Assembly (NCBI GenBank): GCA_965224245.1
Contig: OZ245046.1
Location: forward strand, 3,872,001-3,936,000
Length of the DNA stretch: 64,000 nucleotides
Reading direction: 5' to 3'
From: Candidatus Eiseniibacteriota bacterium
GTDB lineage: Bacteria; Eisenbacteria; RBG-16-71-46; CAZAMP01
A model generated the notes under the pieces. It saw nothing but the letters and a program-made list of their open reading frames with translations, did not search any database and was not told the origin of the DNA. This document shows positions 1-11,156 of this stretch, in pieces; positions within the stretch are counted from its first letter, which is position 1; each line of letters opens with the position of its first letter. Both the position numbers and the translations under genes were made by a program.

Positions 1-290
1 CGCTCGGCCCGGCGGCAGTCGCCCCGGAACTGGCGGTCCAGCCGGGCCACGAGCTCCCGGGGCGGCACGGGACGACACAGCCGGCTCTCCCCGTCGTCGA
101 CGAGCACCGCGCCCTTCCGCTCCAGAGAGGCGATGGCCTTGTAGGTGTTCGCGGTCGGCTTGCCGATGGCGTGACTGACCTTGTAACCGGTTGTTGGAGA
201 TGAAGATAGTAGCTCAACGTACACGAGCGCCTCGATCTCCGAGAAGCCGAGCGTCCGGAGGACCCCGATCGAATCTGGAATAGTAGTCAT
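1..290 (-). CDS. TrmB-family wHTH transcriptional regulator (partial; runs off the window start)
   Basis: Manual translation from ATG at 290: MTTIPDSIGVLRTLGFSEIEALVYVELLSSSPTTGYKVSHAIGKPTANTYKAIASLERKGAV..., the TrmB N-terminal pattern (LGFSExEAxVY...TGYxV...Y..L..L..KG). Not in the ORF track. Confidence 0.8.
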   Translation of the reverse strand, partial: MTTIPDSIGVLRTLGFSEIEALVYVELLSSSPTTGYKVSHAIGKPTANTYKAIASLERKGAVLVDDGESRLCRPVPPRELVARLDRQFRGDCRRAE

Positions 291-298
291 AGCTACTA
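281..298. promoter_or_regulatory. Inverted repeat TAGTAG-N6-CTACTA over the TrmB start codon; putative operator
   Basis: tagtagtcatagctacta, an AT-rich dyad in GC-rich DNA between divergent genes. Confidence 0.5.
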
Positions 299-354
299 AT
301 ACTGACACATCGGCTGCGGGTTTCACAATCGGAGCCGTCGGTGCGCGCGGGCAG

Positions 355-360
355 TACACT
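355..360 (+). promoter_or_regulatory. Putative sigma70 -10 element TACACT for the NDH-2 gene
   Basis: TACACT 57 nt upstream of the GTG start. The same hexamer lies upstream of, and on the same strand as, glgP (6100-6105), deaD (26987-26992) and the ECF gene (39073-39078). Confidence 0.45.
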
Positions 361-416
361 GCGCCCCTGCGAGCGACGACGGGGGTGTTCTCGAGGGGCG
401 AGAGGGGATCGGGTCG

Positions 417-1703
417 GTGCAGAAGATCGTGATCCTGGGAGGCGGCTTCGCCGGCGCGTACTGCGCGCAGGCGCTCGAGCGAACCCCGTCCGGTCGCGAG
501 GCGGACATCCTCCTCGTCGATCGGCACAACTACTTCGTGTTCTACCCGCTCCTCGTCGAGGCGGGCACCGGAAGCCTCGAGCCGCGACATGCGGTCGTCT
601 CGATCCGGTCGTTCCAGAGACGCGGGCGCTTCCTGATGGGAGAGGTCGTCGCGCTGGACACCGACCGCCGGACGCTGACGATCGAGACCCCGCACGGCGA
701 GGCCGCGAAGACGGTGGCGTACGATCAGCTCGTGATCGCGCTGGGAAGCGTCACGCGACTGCCGCCGGTGCCGGGGCTCGCCGAGCACGGCTACCAGCTC
801 AAGGGCCTGACCGACGCGGTGGCGCTTCGCGATCGGGCCATCCAGCTCCTCGAGGAGGCCGATGCCACCGACGATCCCGAGCGGCGCCGGGCGCTCCTGC
901 ACTTCCTGGTCGTGGGCTCGAACTTCACCGGGATCGAGGTGGCCGGCGAGCTGTTCGTGTTCCTCCGCGATGCGGCCCGGCACTACCGGCGCGTCGAGCG
1001 GGCGCACTGCCGGGTGACGATCGTGGAGCTGGCCGATCGCGTGCTGACCGCGCTGGATCCGGAGCTCAGCCGGTACGCGCACGACGACCTGACCCGACGC
1101 GGGATCGACATTCGCCTCGGGACGACGGTGAACCGCCTCGATTCCACGTCGGCCACGCTGAGCACCGGCGAGACCCTGGACACGCACACCGTGATCTGGA
1201 CCGCCGGCATCGCGGCGCCGCCGATTCTCACCGACTTCGGGCTCCCGCTCGACGAGCGGGGATACCTCCGATGCGATCGCGATCTGCGCGTGGAGGGGCA
1301 TCCGAACGTCTGGGGGATCGGCGACGCCGCGGTGAACCGCGACGCGGACGGCAATCCGTACCCCGCGACCGCACAGCACGCGGTACAGGCGGGGCGCCAC
1401 GCGGCCCGGAACGTCGACCGGGTGCTCAGAGGCATGCAGCCCGAGCCGTTCGACTACTCCTCGAAGGGCGCCCTCGCCGCGCTCGGCTGTCGCACGGGAG
1501 TCGCTCGCGTCGGGCCCTTCAAGCTGCGCGGGTTCGCAGCCTGGTTCCTGTGGCGAACGGTGTACCTGATGAAGATGCCGGGCTGGTCGCGGCGGCTGCG
1601 CGTGGCGCTCGACTGGACGGCCGATCTCGTGTTCCGGCGCGACTTCGTGGAGCTGGGCGTGCACCGGGTGTCTCGAACGAACGCGGGACACGTGGATCGG
1701 TGA
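417..1703 (+). CDS. ndh: Type II NADH:quinone oxidoreductase (NDH-2 family FAD-dependent oxidoreductase)
   Basis: IVILGGGFAG, YDQLVIALGS, VVGSNFTGIEVAGEL, WGIGD, ATAQHAVQ and C-terminal AWFLWR..Y. Confidence 0.85.
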   Translation: MQKIVILGGGFAGAYCAQALERTPSGREADILLVDRHNYFVFYPLLVEAGTGSLEPRHAVVSIRSFQRRGRFLMGEVVALDTDRRTLTIETPHGEAAKTVAYDQLVIALGSVTRLPPVPGLAEHGYQLKGLTDAVALRDRAIQLLEEADATDDPERRRALLHFLVVGSNFTGIEVAGELFVFLRDAARHYRRVERAHCRVTIVELADRVLTALDPELSRYAHDDLTRRGIDIRLGTTVNRLDSTSATLSTGETLDTHTVIWTAGIAAPPILTDFGLPLDERGYLRCDRDLRVEGHPNVWGIGDAAVNRDADGNPYPATAQHAVQAGRHAARNVDRVLRGMQPEPFDYSSKGALAALGCRTGVARVGPFKLRGFAAWFLWRTVYLMKMPGWSRRLRVALDWTADLVFRRDFVELGVHRVSRTNAGHVDR

Positions 1704-1724
1704 TCGTCGGCGCGCCTCCGGCTC

Positions 1725-3239
<1,515 letters not shown>

Positions 3240-3405
3240 GGACTCCGAGCGCTCCGGGGCGGCGGGCTCGCCGGCCCCTCGACCTCGTTCCGGGGAGCGC
3301 GCGCCGACCGGCGACGCCCCCCGAAACGGCGACGTGCTAGCCTAGGTAACGCCCCGCGCGATGGCAAGTTCCCGCTGCCTCAGGAGGAGCGGCGCGCGGT
3401 CCGGC

Positions 3406-6027
3406 CTATCCCCAGCGGACGAGGTGCGAGTCGATCGCCGGCCCCAGATCGGGGTGCATCGGCATCACGCGCACGGCGAAGGCGTGCCGGCCGCTCTCGT
3501 CGCACGGGATCGCACCCTCGTACAGGAACGCCCCACCGTCGCCGTTGCCGCCGGCCAGCGCCATCGGGCTCGTATCCCCTTCGGTGACCTGGTCCTCGGC
3601 CTCGAGGCGGCCGTGGTACAGCTCGACGGTCACGTCCTCGGGTCGGAGGTTCCCGAGCTCGACCACGGCACGGACCCGAAGCTCCGAGCCCACCGTGAGG
3701 TCGTCGTCGCGATCGGCCTCCACGCGCCCCACGGCGACCGCATCCCAGCCCTCGGCGACCCGCGCGCGCCACGTGCTGAGCCCCGCGGCGCGGCTCATGC
3801 CGTCGGCCCCGAGCGACGTGAACGATGCGCTGGCCCGGACGTAGAACCGCTCTGCGTACTCCTTGACCATGCGGTCCATCGTGAACTCGGGCGAGAGCGT
3901 CTCGATGCAGGCCTTCATGCGCTCGACCCACGTGCGCGGCAGACCGGTCTTGCCCCGATCGTAGAACTCGGGAACGATCTCGTGCTCGAGCACGTCGTAG
4001 AGCGCCTCGCTCTCGACCTTGTCCTGGTAGTCGGGATCCTCGTACTCCTCACCGCTGCCGATGGCCCAGCCGAGCTCGGGCCGGTAGCCCTCCGCCCACC
4101 AGCCGTCCAGCACCGAGAGGTTGAGGACGCCGTTCAGGGCCGCCTTCATGCCGCTGGTGCCGCTGGCCTCCAGGGGGCGACGCGGGGTGTTCAGCCAGAC
4201 GTCCACGCCCTGCACGAGATAGCGCGCCAGCGTCATCTCGTAGTCCTCGAGGAACAGGATCCGGTGGTGGAACCGCTCCTCCCGGGCGAAGTGCACGATG
4301 CGTCGGATGAAGTCCTTGCCCGCGTCGTCCCGCGGATGCGCCTTGCCGGCGAAGACGACCTGCACCGGTCGCTCGGGGTCGTTCAGGATCTCCGCCAGAC
4401 GATCGGGATTCGCGAACAGCAGCGTCGCTCGCTTGTACGTGGCGAAGCGGCGGGAGAAGCCGATGGTCAGCGCCTTCGGATCCAGCACGTCGTCGGCGCG
4501 CTCGAGATGGCGCGGCGGAGCACCCCGGCGGATGAGCTGCCGGCGGAGCCGCGCGCGGGCGAACCCGACGAGGCGCTCGCGGCACCGCTCGTGCGCATAC
4601 CAGAGCTCGGTGTTGGGGATCTTGGCCACGCGCTCCCAGATGCCCGGTTCGTCGGAGCTGGTGACCCACTTCGGGTCCAGGTATCGATCGAACAGCTCCT
4701 CGAGGTCGCTCGAGAGCCACGTCCTCTGGTGCACGGCGTTCGTGATCGAGCGGATGGGCACCTCGTCGACCGGCAGATCCCGCCACACGTCGTGCCACAT
4801 GTTGCGGGAGACCGATCCATGCAGCCGGCTGACGCCGTTGCGACAGCGCGACAGCCGGAGCGCCAGCATCGTCATCGAGAACCGGGCACCGCCGTGGCCG
4901 TTCTGACCGAGCGCGACGAACTCGTCCATGGAGATCCCGAGCGAGTCCACGAACTCGCCGAAGTGCTGCCGGATCAGCGCCGGATCGAACGTGTCGTTCC
5001 CGGCCGGGACCGGGGTGTGGGTCGTGAACACGGTCCCCGCGGTCACCGCTTCGCGGGCCACCGAGAAGCTGACGCCGTGCTCCTTCATCAGCATCCGGAT
5101 CCACTCCAGCGCCAGGAACGCCGAGTGCCCCTCGTTCATGTGACACACGCTGGGTGAGATGCCGAGCAGCTCCAGAGCGCGCATGCCTCCGACGCCGAGC
5201 ACCTTCTCCTGCTGGACGCGCATGACGTCATCGCCGCCGTACAGCCGCGCGGTGAGCGCGCGATCCTCGGGCGCGTTCTCGTGCAGATCGGTGTCCAGGA
5301 GGAACAGCCGGACCCGGCCCACCATGAGACGCCACACCTGAATCGTGACGCGGCGACCGCCCAGGTCCACGCTCGTGCGCACCGGCGTGTCGTCGGGCAT
5401 CCGGGCGAGCGTCACCGGAAGCTCGTCGGGCGAGACCGTCGGGTAGCGCTCCTGCTGCCAGCCGTCGCTGTTCAGGTACTGACGGAAGTACCCGTTGCGG
5501 TACAGGAGCCCGATGCCCACGAGCGGAACGCCGAGATCGCTGGCGGCCTTCAGGTGATCACCGGCCAGGACGCCGAGTCCCCCCGAGTAGATCGGCACGC
5601 TCGAATGCAGGCCGAACTCCATCGAGAAGTACCCGATCGGTCCGGCCGCGAAGTCCTGGTGCGCCTCGGCGAACCAGCCACCGCCCTCGAGGTAGTAATC
5701 GAGCTTTCGCGTGACCTTGTCCAGGTGGGCGAGAAAGCTCTCGTCGCCGGCCAGCTCCTCGAGCCGCTCCTGAGAGACGCCGGCCAGGAGCGAGACCGGG
5801 TTGTGCGCGTGCTCGTCCCAGGCGTCACGATCGATGCGGACGAAGAGCTCCCGGGCCGCCGGCTCCCAGACCCACCAGAGATTGGTGGCGACGTCGCGAA
5901 GGCGCTCGAGGCGCGGCGGCAAGCTGGGCACGACGTTGAAGGCCCGGAGCGCCGCGGCGAGCGGCGTGTCCGGGGCGGATGCGGGGTCCACCGGGGATGC
6001 GGATCGGTCGGTCGTCTGCTCGGTCAT
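3406..6027 (-). CDS. glgP: Alpha-glucan (glycogen/starch) phosphorylase
   Basis: YFSMEFG, YSGGLGVLAGD, HMNEGH, RRFATYKR, EASGTSGMKAALNG (PLP lysine); start moved to MTEQ. Confidence 0.95.
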   Translation of the reverse strand: MTEQTTDRSASPVDPASAPDTPLAAALRAFNVVPSLPPRLERLRDVATNLWWVWEPAARELFVRIDRDAWDEHAHNPVSLLAGVSQERLEELAGDESFLAHLDKVTRKLDYYLEGGGWFAEAHQDFAAGPIGYFSMEFGLHSSVPIYSGGLGVLAGDHLKAASDLGVPLVGIGLLYRNGYFRQYLNSDGWQQERYPTVSPDELPVTLARMPDDTPVRTSVDLGGRRVTIQVWRLMVGRVRLFLLDTDLHENAPEDRALTARLYGGDDVMRVQQEKVLGVGGMRALELLGISPSVCHMNEGHSAFLALEWIRMLMKEHGVSFSVAREAVTAGTVFTTHTPVPAGNDTFDPALIRQHFGEFVDSLGISMDEFVALGQNGHGGARFSMTMLALRLSRCRNGVSRLHGSVSRNMWHDVWRDLPVDEVPIRSITNAVHQRTWLSSDLEELFDRYLDPKWVTSSDEPGIWERVAKIPNTELWYAHERCRERLVGFARARLRRQLIRRGAPPRHLERADDVLDPKALTIGFSRRFATYKRATLLFANPDRLAEILNDPERPVQVVFAGKAHPRDDAGKDFIRRIVHFAREERFHHRILFLEDYEMTLARYLVQGVDVWLNTPRRPLEASGTSGMKAALNGVLNLSVLDGWWAEGYRPELGWAIGSGEEYEDPDYQDKVESEALYDVLEHEIVPEFYDRGKTGLPRTWVERMKACIETLSPEFTMDRMVKEYAERFYVRASASFTSLGADGMSRAAGLSTWRARVAEGWDAVAVGRVEADRDDDLTVGSELRVRAVVELGNLRPEDVTVELYHGRLEAEDQVTEGDTSPMALAGGNGDGGAFLYEGAIPCDESGRHAFAVRVMPMHPDLGPAIDSHLVRWG

Positions 6028-6485
6028 GGTCCATTCCTCGGCTCTTCGGGAACCGTTTCGGTTGTGTTCGAGCCACGCTGGCCGCGGCGCGGGCTGCCGA
6101 GTGTAAGCGTGCATCCCGGGTGCGCAACGCGAAAAGGACGCCCGATCGGGCAGGCGGGGATGCCGGATCGACGGACGGCTCCTGTCCCACCCCGGATCTA
6201 ACGCCACGACAACCAATTATGTTCAGCGGAGACCCGGCGCGCGACGCGCCTGCCCGCCTCCGAGCCCCCCGGGGCGCGTTGGACCGCCCGGAACGTATCG
6301 CCCCTTCAGACGCGAGGTTCACCGCAGGACGGAGCGTGGCCCGCAGATCGGCCGGGCCCCGCCCGGACGGCTGGATCCGGCCACGCGATCGAACGGATTT
6401 GGGGTTGAGATTCGGTCCGGAGCGCCGTCGAATGATGAAGGTCAGGGGCTTTCGACGACGTCACTCTCAACGAGGTCGGGATCCC

Positions 6486-7324
6486 ATGTCGAGACTGCAC
6501 GTTCTGGTCCCGCGCGTCCTCGCCCTGACGACGTGCGCGGCGCTCGCGACGACCGTCGGCTGCGGCGACGACGAGCCGACGGCCCCCGCCACCTCGACCG
6601 ACATCCGGGAGTCGCTCGGACTCGAGACGCTCCCGTCGGTCGTACACCCGGCGGACACCCCCCCCGCCGCGAGCGCATCGCGCTCGGGCGGCTTCTGTTC
6701 TTCGATCCGATTCTGGGCGGCGAGCGCAACGTCTCGTGCACACCTGTCACCATCCGGACTTCGGCTTCGCCGACGGCGCCCTACGACCGCTTCGTGCGAG
6801 GCGACGACGACGCCCTCGACGACATGGAGCTCCGGGGCTCGAGCTGTTCTTCACCAGGGCCCGGTGTGCGGAGTGTCACTCGGGCCCGATGCTCTCGGAC
6901 TTCTCGTTCGTGGTCCAGGGCGGTCACGCAGGAGGGACCCGGCAAGGACGCGGTGGAGGGCGACGACCTCGGTCGTTTCGAGTTCACGCGCGCCGACGGT
7001 GATGAGTACGCGTTCCGGACGCCGACGCTTCGCAACGTGGCGCGAACGGCACCGTACATGCACGACGGCGTCTTCTCGTCGCTGGAGGAGGTCGTGCGCT
7101 TCTACGATTCCGGCGGACTTCCGCGCCATCCGGCCGTTCCCGAGTCGGCCATCGATCCGCGCCTGCGCCAGCCCCTGGGTCTCACCGACGCCGAGATCCA
7201 GGCCCTGGTCGCGTTCATGGAGGCGCTCACCGACGAGGGCTCCGGCGTCGATCCGATGCTGTTGACGGTCCCCGATCGCGTTCCCAGTGGACTGACGCCG
7301 GTGACGGGTCTCTCGAGTCCGTAG
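6486..7324 (+). pseudogene. Di-heme cytochrome c peroxidase/MauG-family lipoprotein, frameshifted and internally deleted
   Basis: Signal ending TTVGC, then fragments in different frames: ALGRLLFFDPILGG..VSC, TCHHPDFGFADG, PYDRF..GD, CAECHSGP, FRTPTLRNVARTAPYMHDG. Confidence 0.8.
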
Positions 7325-7372
7325 ACCCGGGCGCGGCGCGGCGTGATCGATCACCCGCAACGAGGACATGGC

Positions 7373-8266
7373 ATGTCGCCGAAAGAGCGCTTCGTCCCAC
7401 CGATCGATCACGCGTACCGCGTGCCGTTCGACGGATCGTTCCGCGTGCCTCGCGCGCCGACCGCGCCGCCGAAGGGGGCAGCCCGCAAGAGGGCCGCGCG
7501 CGAAGCCCTCGGGGCCGTGGTCGTGAAGCTCGAGCACCACCAACGCCGGCTGTACGCCGACAATCGGTACGCGGTGCTCTGCATCTTCCAGGCGATGGAT
7601 GCCGCGGGAAAGGACTCGACGATCCGGGCGGTCATGACCGGGGTCAACCCGGCCGGCTTTCAGGTCTACTCGTTCAAGCAGCCGTCGGCCGAGGAGCTGG
7701 ACCACGACTTCCTGTGGCGGACGGCCCGCCGACTGCCCGAGCGCGGTCGGATCGGGATCTTCAACCGGAGCTACTACGAGGAGGTGCTCGTGGTGCGGGT
7801 GCACCCCGAGTACCTCGATGCGCAGCGGCTGCCGTTCCCGACGAACGACGCCGGCTTCTGGAAGGCTCGCCTGCAGGCGATCCGCGAGCACGAGCGCTAC
7901 CTCGCGCGAAACGGCGTGGTGATCCTGAAGTTCTGGCTCAACGTCTCGCGCGCCGAGCAGAAGAAGCGCTTCCTCTCCCGCCTGGAGACGCCGCACAAGC
8001 AGTGGAAGTTCTCCAAGGCCGACCTCACCGAGCGCGCGTACTGGGACGACTACATGCGCGCGTACGAGGTGGCGATCGCCGAGACGTCGCGCCCGTGGGC
8101 GCCGTGGTTCGCGATCCCGGCCGACGACAAGCCGCACATGCGCCTGACGGTCGCCGAGATCCTCGATGCGACCTTCGATCGGATGAACCTCTCCTACCCC
8201 GAAACCGACGAGGTGAAGCGGCGCGAGCTCCTGGAACTGGCCAAGGTGCTGGAGTCCGACGACTAG
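7373..8266 (+). CDS. ppk2: Polyphosphate kinase 2 family (probably class III)
   Basis: [40 protein letters not shown]. Confidence 0.92.
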   Translation: MSPKERFVPPIDHAYRVPFDGSFRVPRAPTAPPKGAARKRAAREALGAVVVKLEHHQRRLYADNRYAVLCIFQAMDAAGKDSTIRAVMTGVNPAGFQVYSFKQPSAEELDHDFLWRTARRLPERGRIGIFNRSYYEEVLVVRVHPEYLDAQRLPFPTNDAGFWKARLQAIREHERYLARNGVVILKFWLNVSRAEQKKRFLSRLETPHKQWKFSKADLTERAYWDDYMRAYEVAIAETSRPWAPWFAIPADDKPHMRLTVAEILDATFDRMNLSYPETDEVKRRELLELAKVLESDD

Positions 8267-8268
8267 CG

Positions 8269-8700
8269 TGTCTGCCAGAGAGGTTGCTCGGTAGGGCAGA
8301 GAACGACTCATCCAGGGTCCTCTGGAAGAACGGGAGTTACCAAAGCTTCCAACCACCAGAGGAGACCCCGGATGAGACCGCATCCACGCCAAGACGACCC
8401 CGATGAGCAGGCAGATCCTCGTGGATCGCGTTCTTCGAGAAGGCTGGACGATCCGGGAGAGCGCAGACGCGGCGGGGATCAGCGTTCGCACGGTGTTCAA
8501 GTGGTTGCGGCGCTTCCGGGAGGAGGGACTCGAGGGGCGGCAGGATCGATCGTGTCGACCGCACCGTTCGCCGTTCCAGGCGCCCCCGCCGTTGTTCGGC
8601 GGATCGAGGCTCTCCGGAGGAAGCGCCGCGCGGCCCGGGAGATCGGATCTCGGCTGGGGGTTCCGGTCTCGGCTGGGTGTTCCGGTCTCGACCGTCTCCC
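8269..8700 (+). mobile_element. IS481-family insertion sequence remnant (left end plus N-terminal HTH only)
   Basis: Frameshifted MRPH/AKTTPMSRQILVDRVLREGW...AAGISVRTVFKWLRRFREEGLEG..DRSCRPHRSP, the IS481 N-terminus. TGT at 8269 may be the left end. No DDE core follows. Confidence 0.75.
8648..8690. repeat. 19-bp tandem duplication inside the IS remnant
   Basis: tctcggctgggggttccgg / tctcggctgggtgttccgg / tctcg. Confidence 0.85.
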
Positions 8701-8757
8701 CGGTGCGCCGTCTGTCCGTCATCGCCGGTCACCATTCGGCTTGCGCAGGGCTCGCCC

Positions 8758-10320
8758 TCACTCGCGCCGTCGCGCGACGAGCCACACCTCGCGCGCCGCG
8801 GCCACCGGCATCGCATGCAACGCGGCGTGACAGCGCCAGCACACCGTGGCCAGGTTCTCCATCGTGTTCCGACCCCCGAGCTCCACGGGCAGCCGATGGT
8901 GCACCGCGAGGTGATGCCGGCTGTTGCACCCGGGTGCACGGCATCGGTTCTCGTCGCGGGCGAGCACCCGGCGCCGCAGGCTCGGGGCGATGCTGGCGCG
9001 CCGCCGGCCCCGGGCGTCGACGACATCGGCATCGGCGAGAATGGCCCGGCGCATGACATCGTTGAGCGGACGATCGCCGACGCGCGCCCGTCGACAGGTC
9101 GGACAGTCCTGGACGACGACCTGGTAGCACGACCGCGGTCCCGCCTCTGCCACCATCGCCGACGACGAGGAAGACGTCGCCGACGACGGGGATGCCGGAG
9201 ACGCAGGACGCACGCGGGATGAGGAAGCCGACGGGGATGAGGAAGACTGCGCCGACGTCGACCGTGCCGGCACTCCCGCCGCCGTCGACCGAGCCGCCGA
9301 CCCCGACGACAGGGCGTTCGCGAGCATCGCCATCGCTGCGACGACGAACTCCGCCTTCGAGCCCCGGAACCCGTGCTTCTGCGCATGCTCCCACGCGGCC
9401 TCGGCGTGCGCGTAGGAGAGGGTATCGAGACGCACGCGCAGCTCGAGGGTCACCTAGAGCGTCGCGGGGGCATCGCCGACCCCAGCGACCGAGTCGATCC
9501 CCGCGACCGAATCGACGCCCGCGACCGAGTCGGCCACGGCAGGGGAGTCGGCCACCACGATGGAGTCGGTCCCCGCGGCGGAGTCGACCGCTGCGGCTGA
9601 GTCGGCCACCGCGTCCGCGCCGGGGCCGGTCTCGGCACCGGTGATGCGGTGCACGCCGGCGAGATCGGTCACGGTTGCCGCGTCGGCTGCCCGTGCGACG
9701 TCGGCCGCGCCGATGGTCGGCCCCGCCGCCGCGTCCCCTCGTGACGGTCGCCTCGGCGTCGGATCGGCCCGGATCGTCTCCTGCGTCCCGCGACCGACCG
9801 CACGCCGCGCCGCCCCCCGGGCGTCCGCGATTCGCTGCTCCAGCTCCCGACGCGACAGACGCGACGCAAGGGCGATCCACGCGTCCGCGGACGAGGCGGA
9901 CAGGATCGGCGCGATCGCGCGCGCCTTCGTCCAGGTCAGCCGGCCCGATGCCATCGCGTCACGAAGCGCCGGGAACTCCCGCATCCGCTCGGACAGCCCC
10001 CGCAGCTGATGACACCGCGACGCCGACATCTCCAAGCGCTCCATCGCGTACGCCAGCATCGAGGTGAACCCGAGCACGCGATAGTGGTGCTCGGCGTCGA
10101 TCTCGGCGAACGACAGCGCGACCGCGACGCTCGCGCGCCCCTCCAGACGTCGCACGCGCTCCAGCCGCCGGCAGGCGTGACGGGAACGCGCCTCGCGCCG
10201 AGCGTCCGTGCCCTGACGACGGGAGCGAGCGTCGCTCTGAACGTCCGTCCCCTGGAGACGGCTCGTGTTCGTGCTGGACATGCTCACGACACGCGATGGC
10301 TCGGACCCGGATACCCGCAT
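8758..10320 (-). pseudogene. HNH endonuclease with DUF222-like N-terminal region, split by one in-frame TAG
   Basis: ORFs 9454-10320 and 8758-9453 are in the same frame and separated only by TAG (9454-9456). The C-terminus has CPTC and RDENRCRAPGC...HH...GG.NTMENLATVCWRCH. Confidence 0.75.
9478..9610 (-). repeat. 18-bp degenerate tandem repeat (7 copies) encoding xDSxxx hexapeptides
   Basis: GA(G/A)TC recurs at 9491, 9509, 9527, 9545, 9563, 9581 and 9599; protein ADSAAAVDSAAGTDSIVVADSPAVADSVAGVDSVAGIDSVAG. Confidence 0.85.
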
Positions 10321-11156
10321 GATGCACCCCTCATTCGACGGTGTTGATCATCAGAGAGCCGGCGATCCGAACGCACGGCGCCGCGTCATCAATCGGCGCC
10401 GACGGAGATCGACCGGCGAACGCCATCGCCCGGAGCACGCGCGGCGAAGGAACCGGGGCAACTGCTCGATCCAACGGGGGGGAGAGGTCCGTCGACCTGG
10501 GGCTGATCGACGTGAGAAGACTACCGGAACCGCCGGGCAGAATCAAGCATAAAGTAAACCGCAACAACATGTTAACAAGATCGAGGCGCAACGCCAAGGC
10601 CGCTCCAGAGGCGTTCGAAGGCCCGTCGCTGATGTCTCGAGGCACGACCCCCGCGCTCACCCTCGATCGCGCCCCGCGTGCCGCAACACCCGGGTACCGT
10701 CACCCGCTCCGACTTCCGGCGGCGCTGTCAGCACGGAGGCACCGACACGCGAAAGCTCGGAACCGTCGGCACGCAGACGAGGAGCCAGCATCGCCCGGGG
10801 TGCACATCGTCGAGATCCGGGTCGACACGGGGGCGCTGCGAGACGTGCGGCTGATCATCGTCGAGTCAGAAGAGATCGAGCGACGCTGGCGGGTGCGACG
10901 TCGCCGTAGTGGTCATCGCGCGCCGCCGGAGCCGGGTGATCGGTGAGCGGACAGGGAGGGCGAGCGAGGCCGCTGGCATGGGCTCCGCCGCTGAGCCGGG
11001 CGCTCGACTGGGCCGAGCACTCACCTTGGCGCAACCCTTTCCGCCGAGCACCGTCATTGCGTATGGTTCTCTGCTCGTTCGCGCCCTCCAGGAGACGGCG
11101 CACGGTCCCCGGCGATCCCCCGCGCCGGCTCAACCCGAACTCCGAGGTTGCTCCCG

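Noticed and set aside
9478-9610. Periodic 18-bp repeats as a possible CRISPR array
   Set aside because: Contiguous, degenerate and in-frame coding, with no spacers and no cas genes
10728-10917. Minus-strand frame MTTTATSHPPASLDLF-TGA-LDDDQ...C as a possible selenoprotein
   Set aside because: No redox motif context, no recognisable SECIS and no family resemblance
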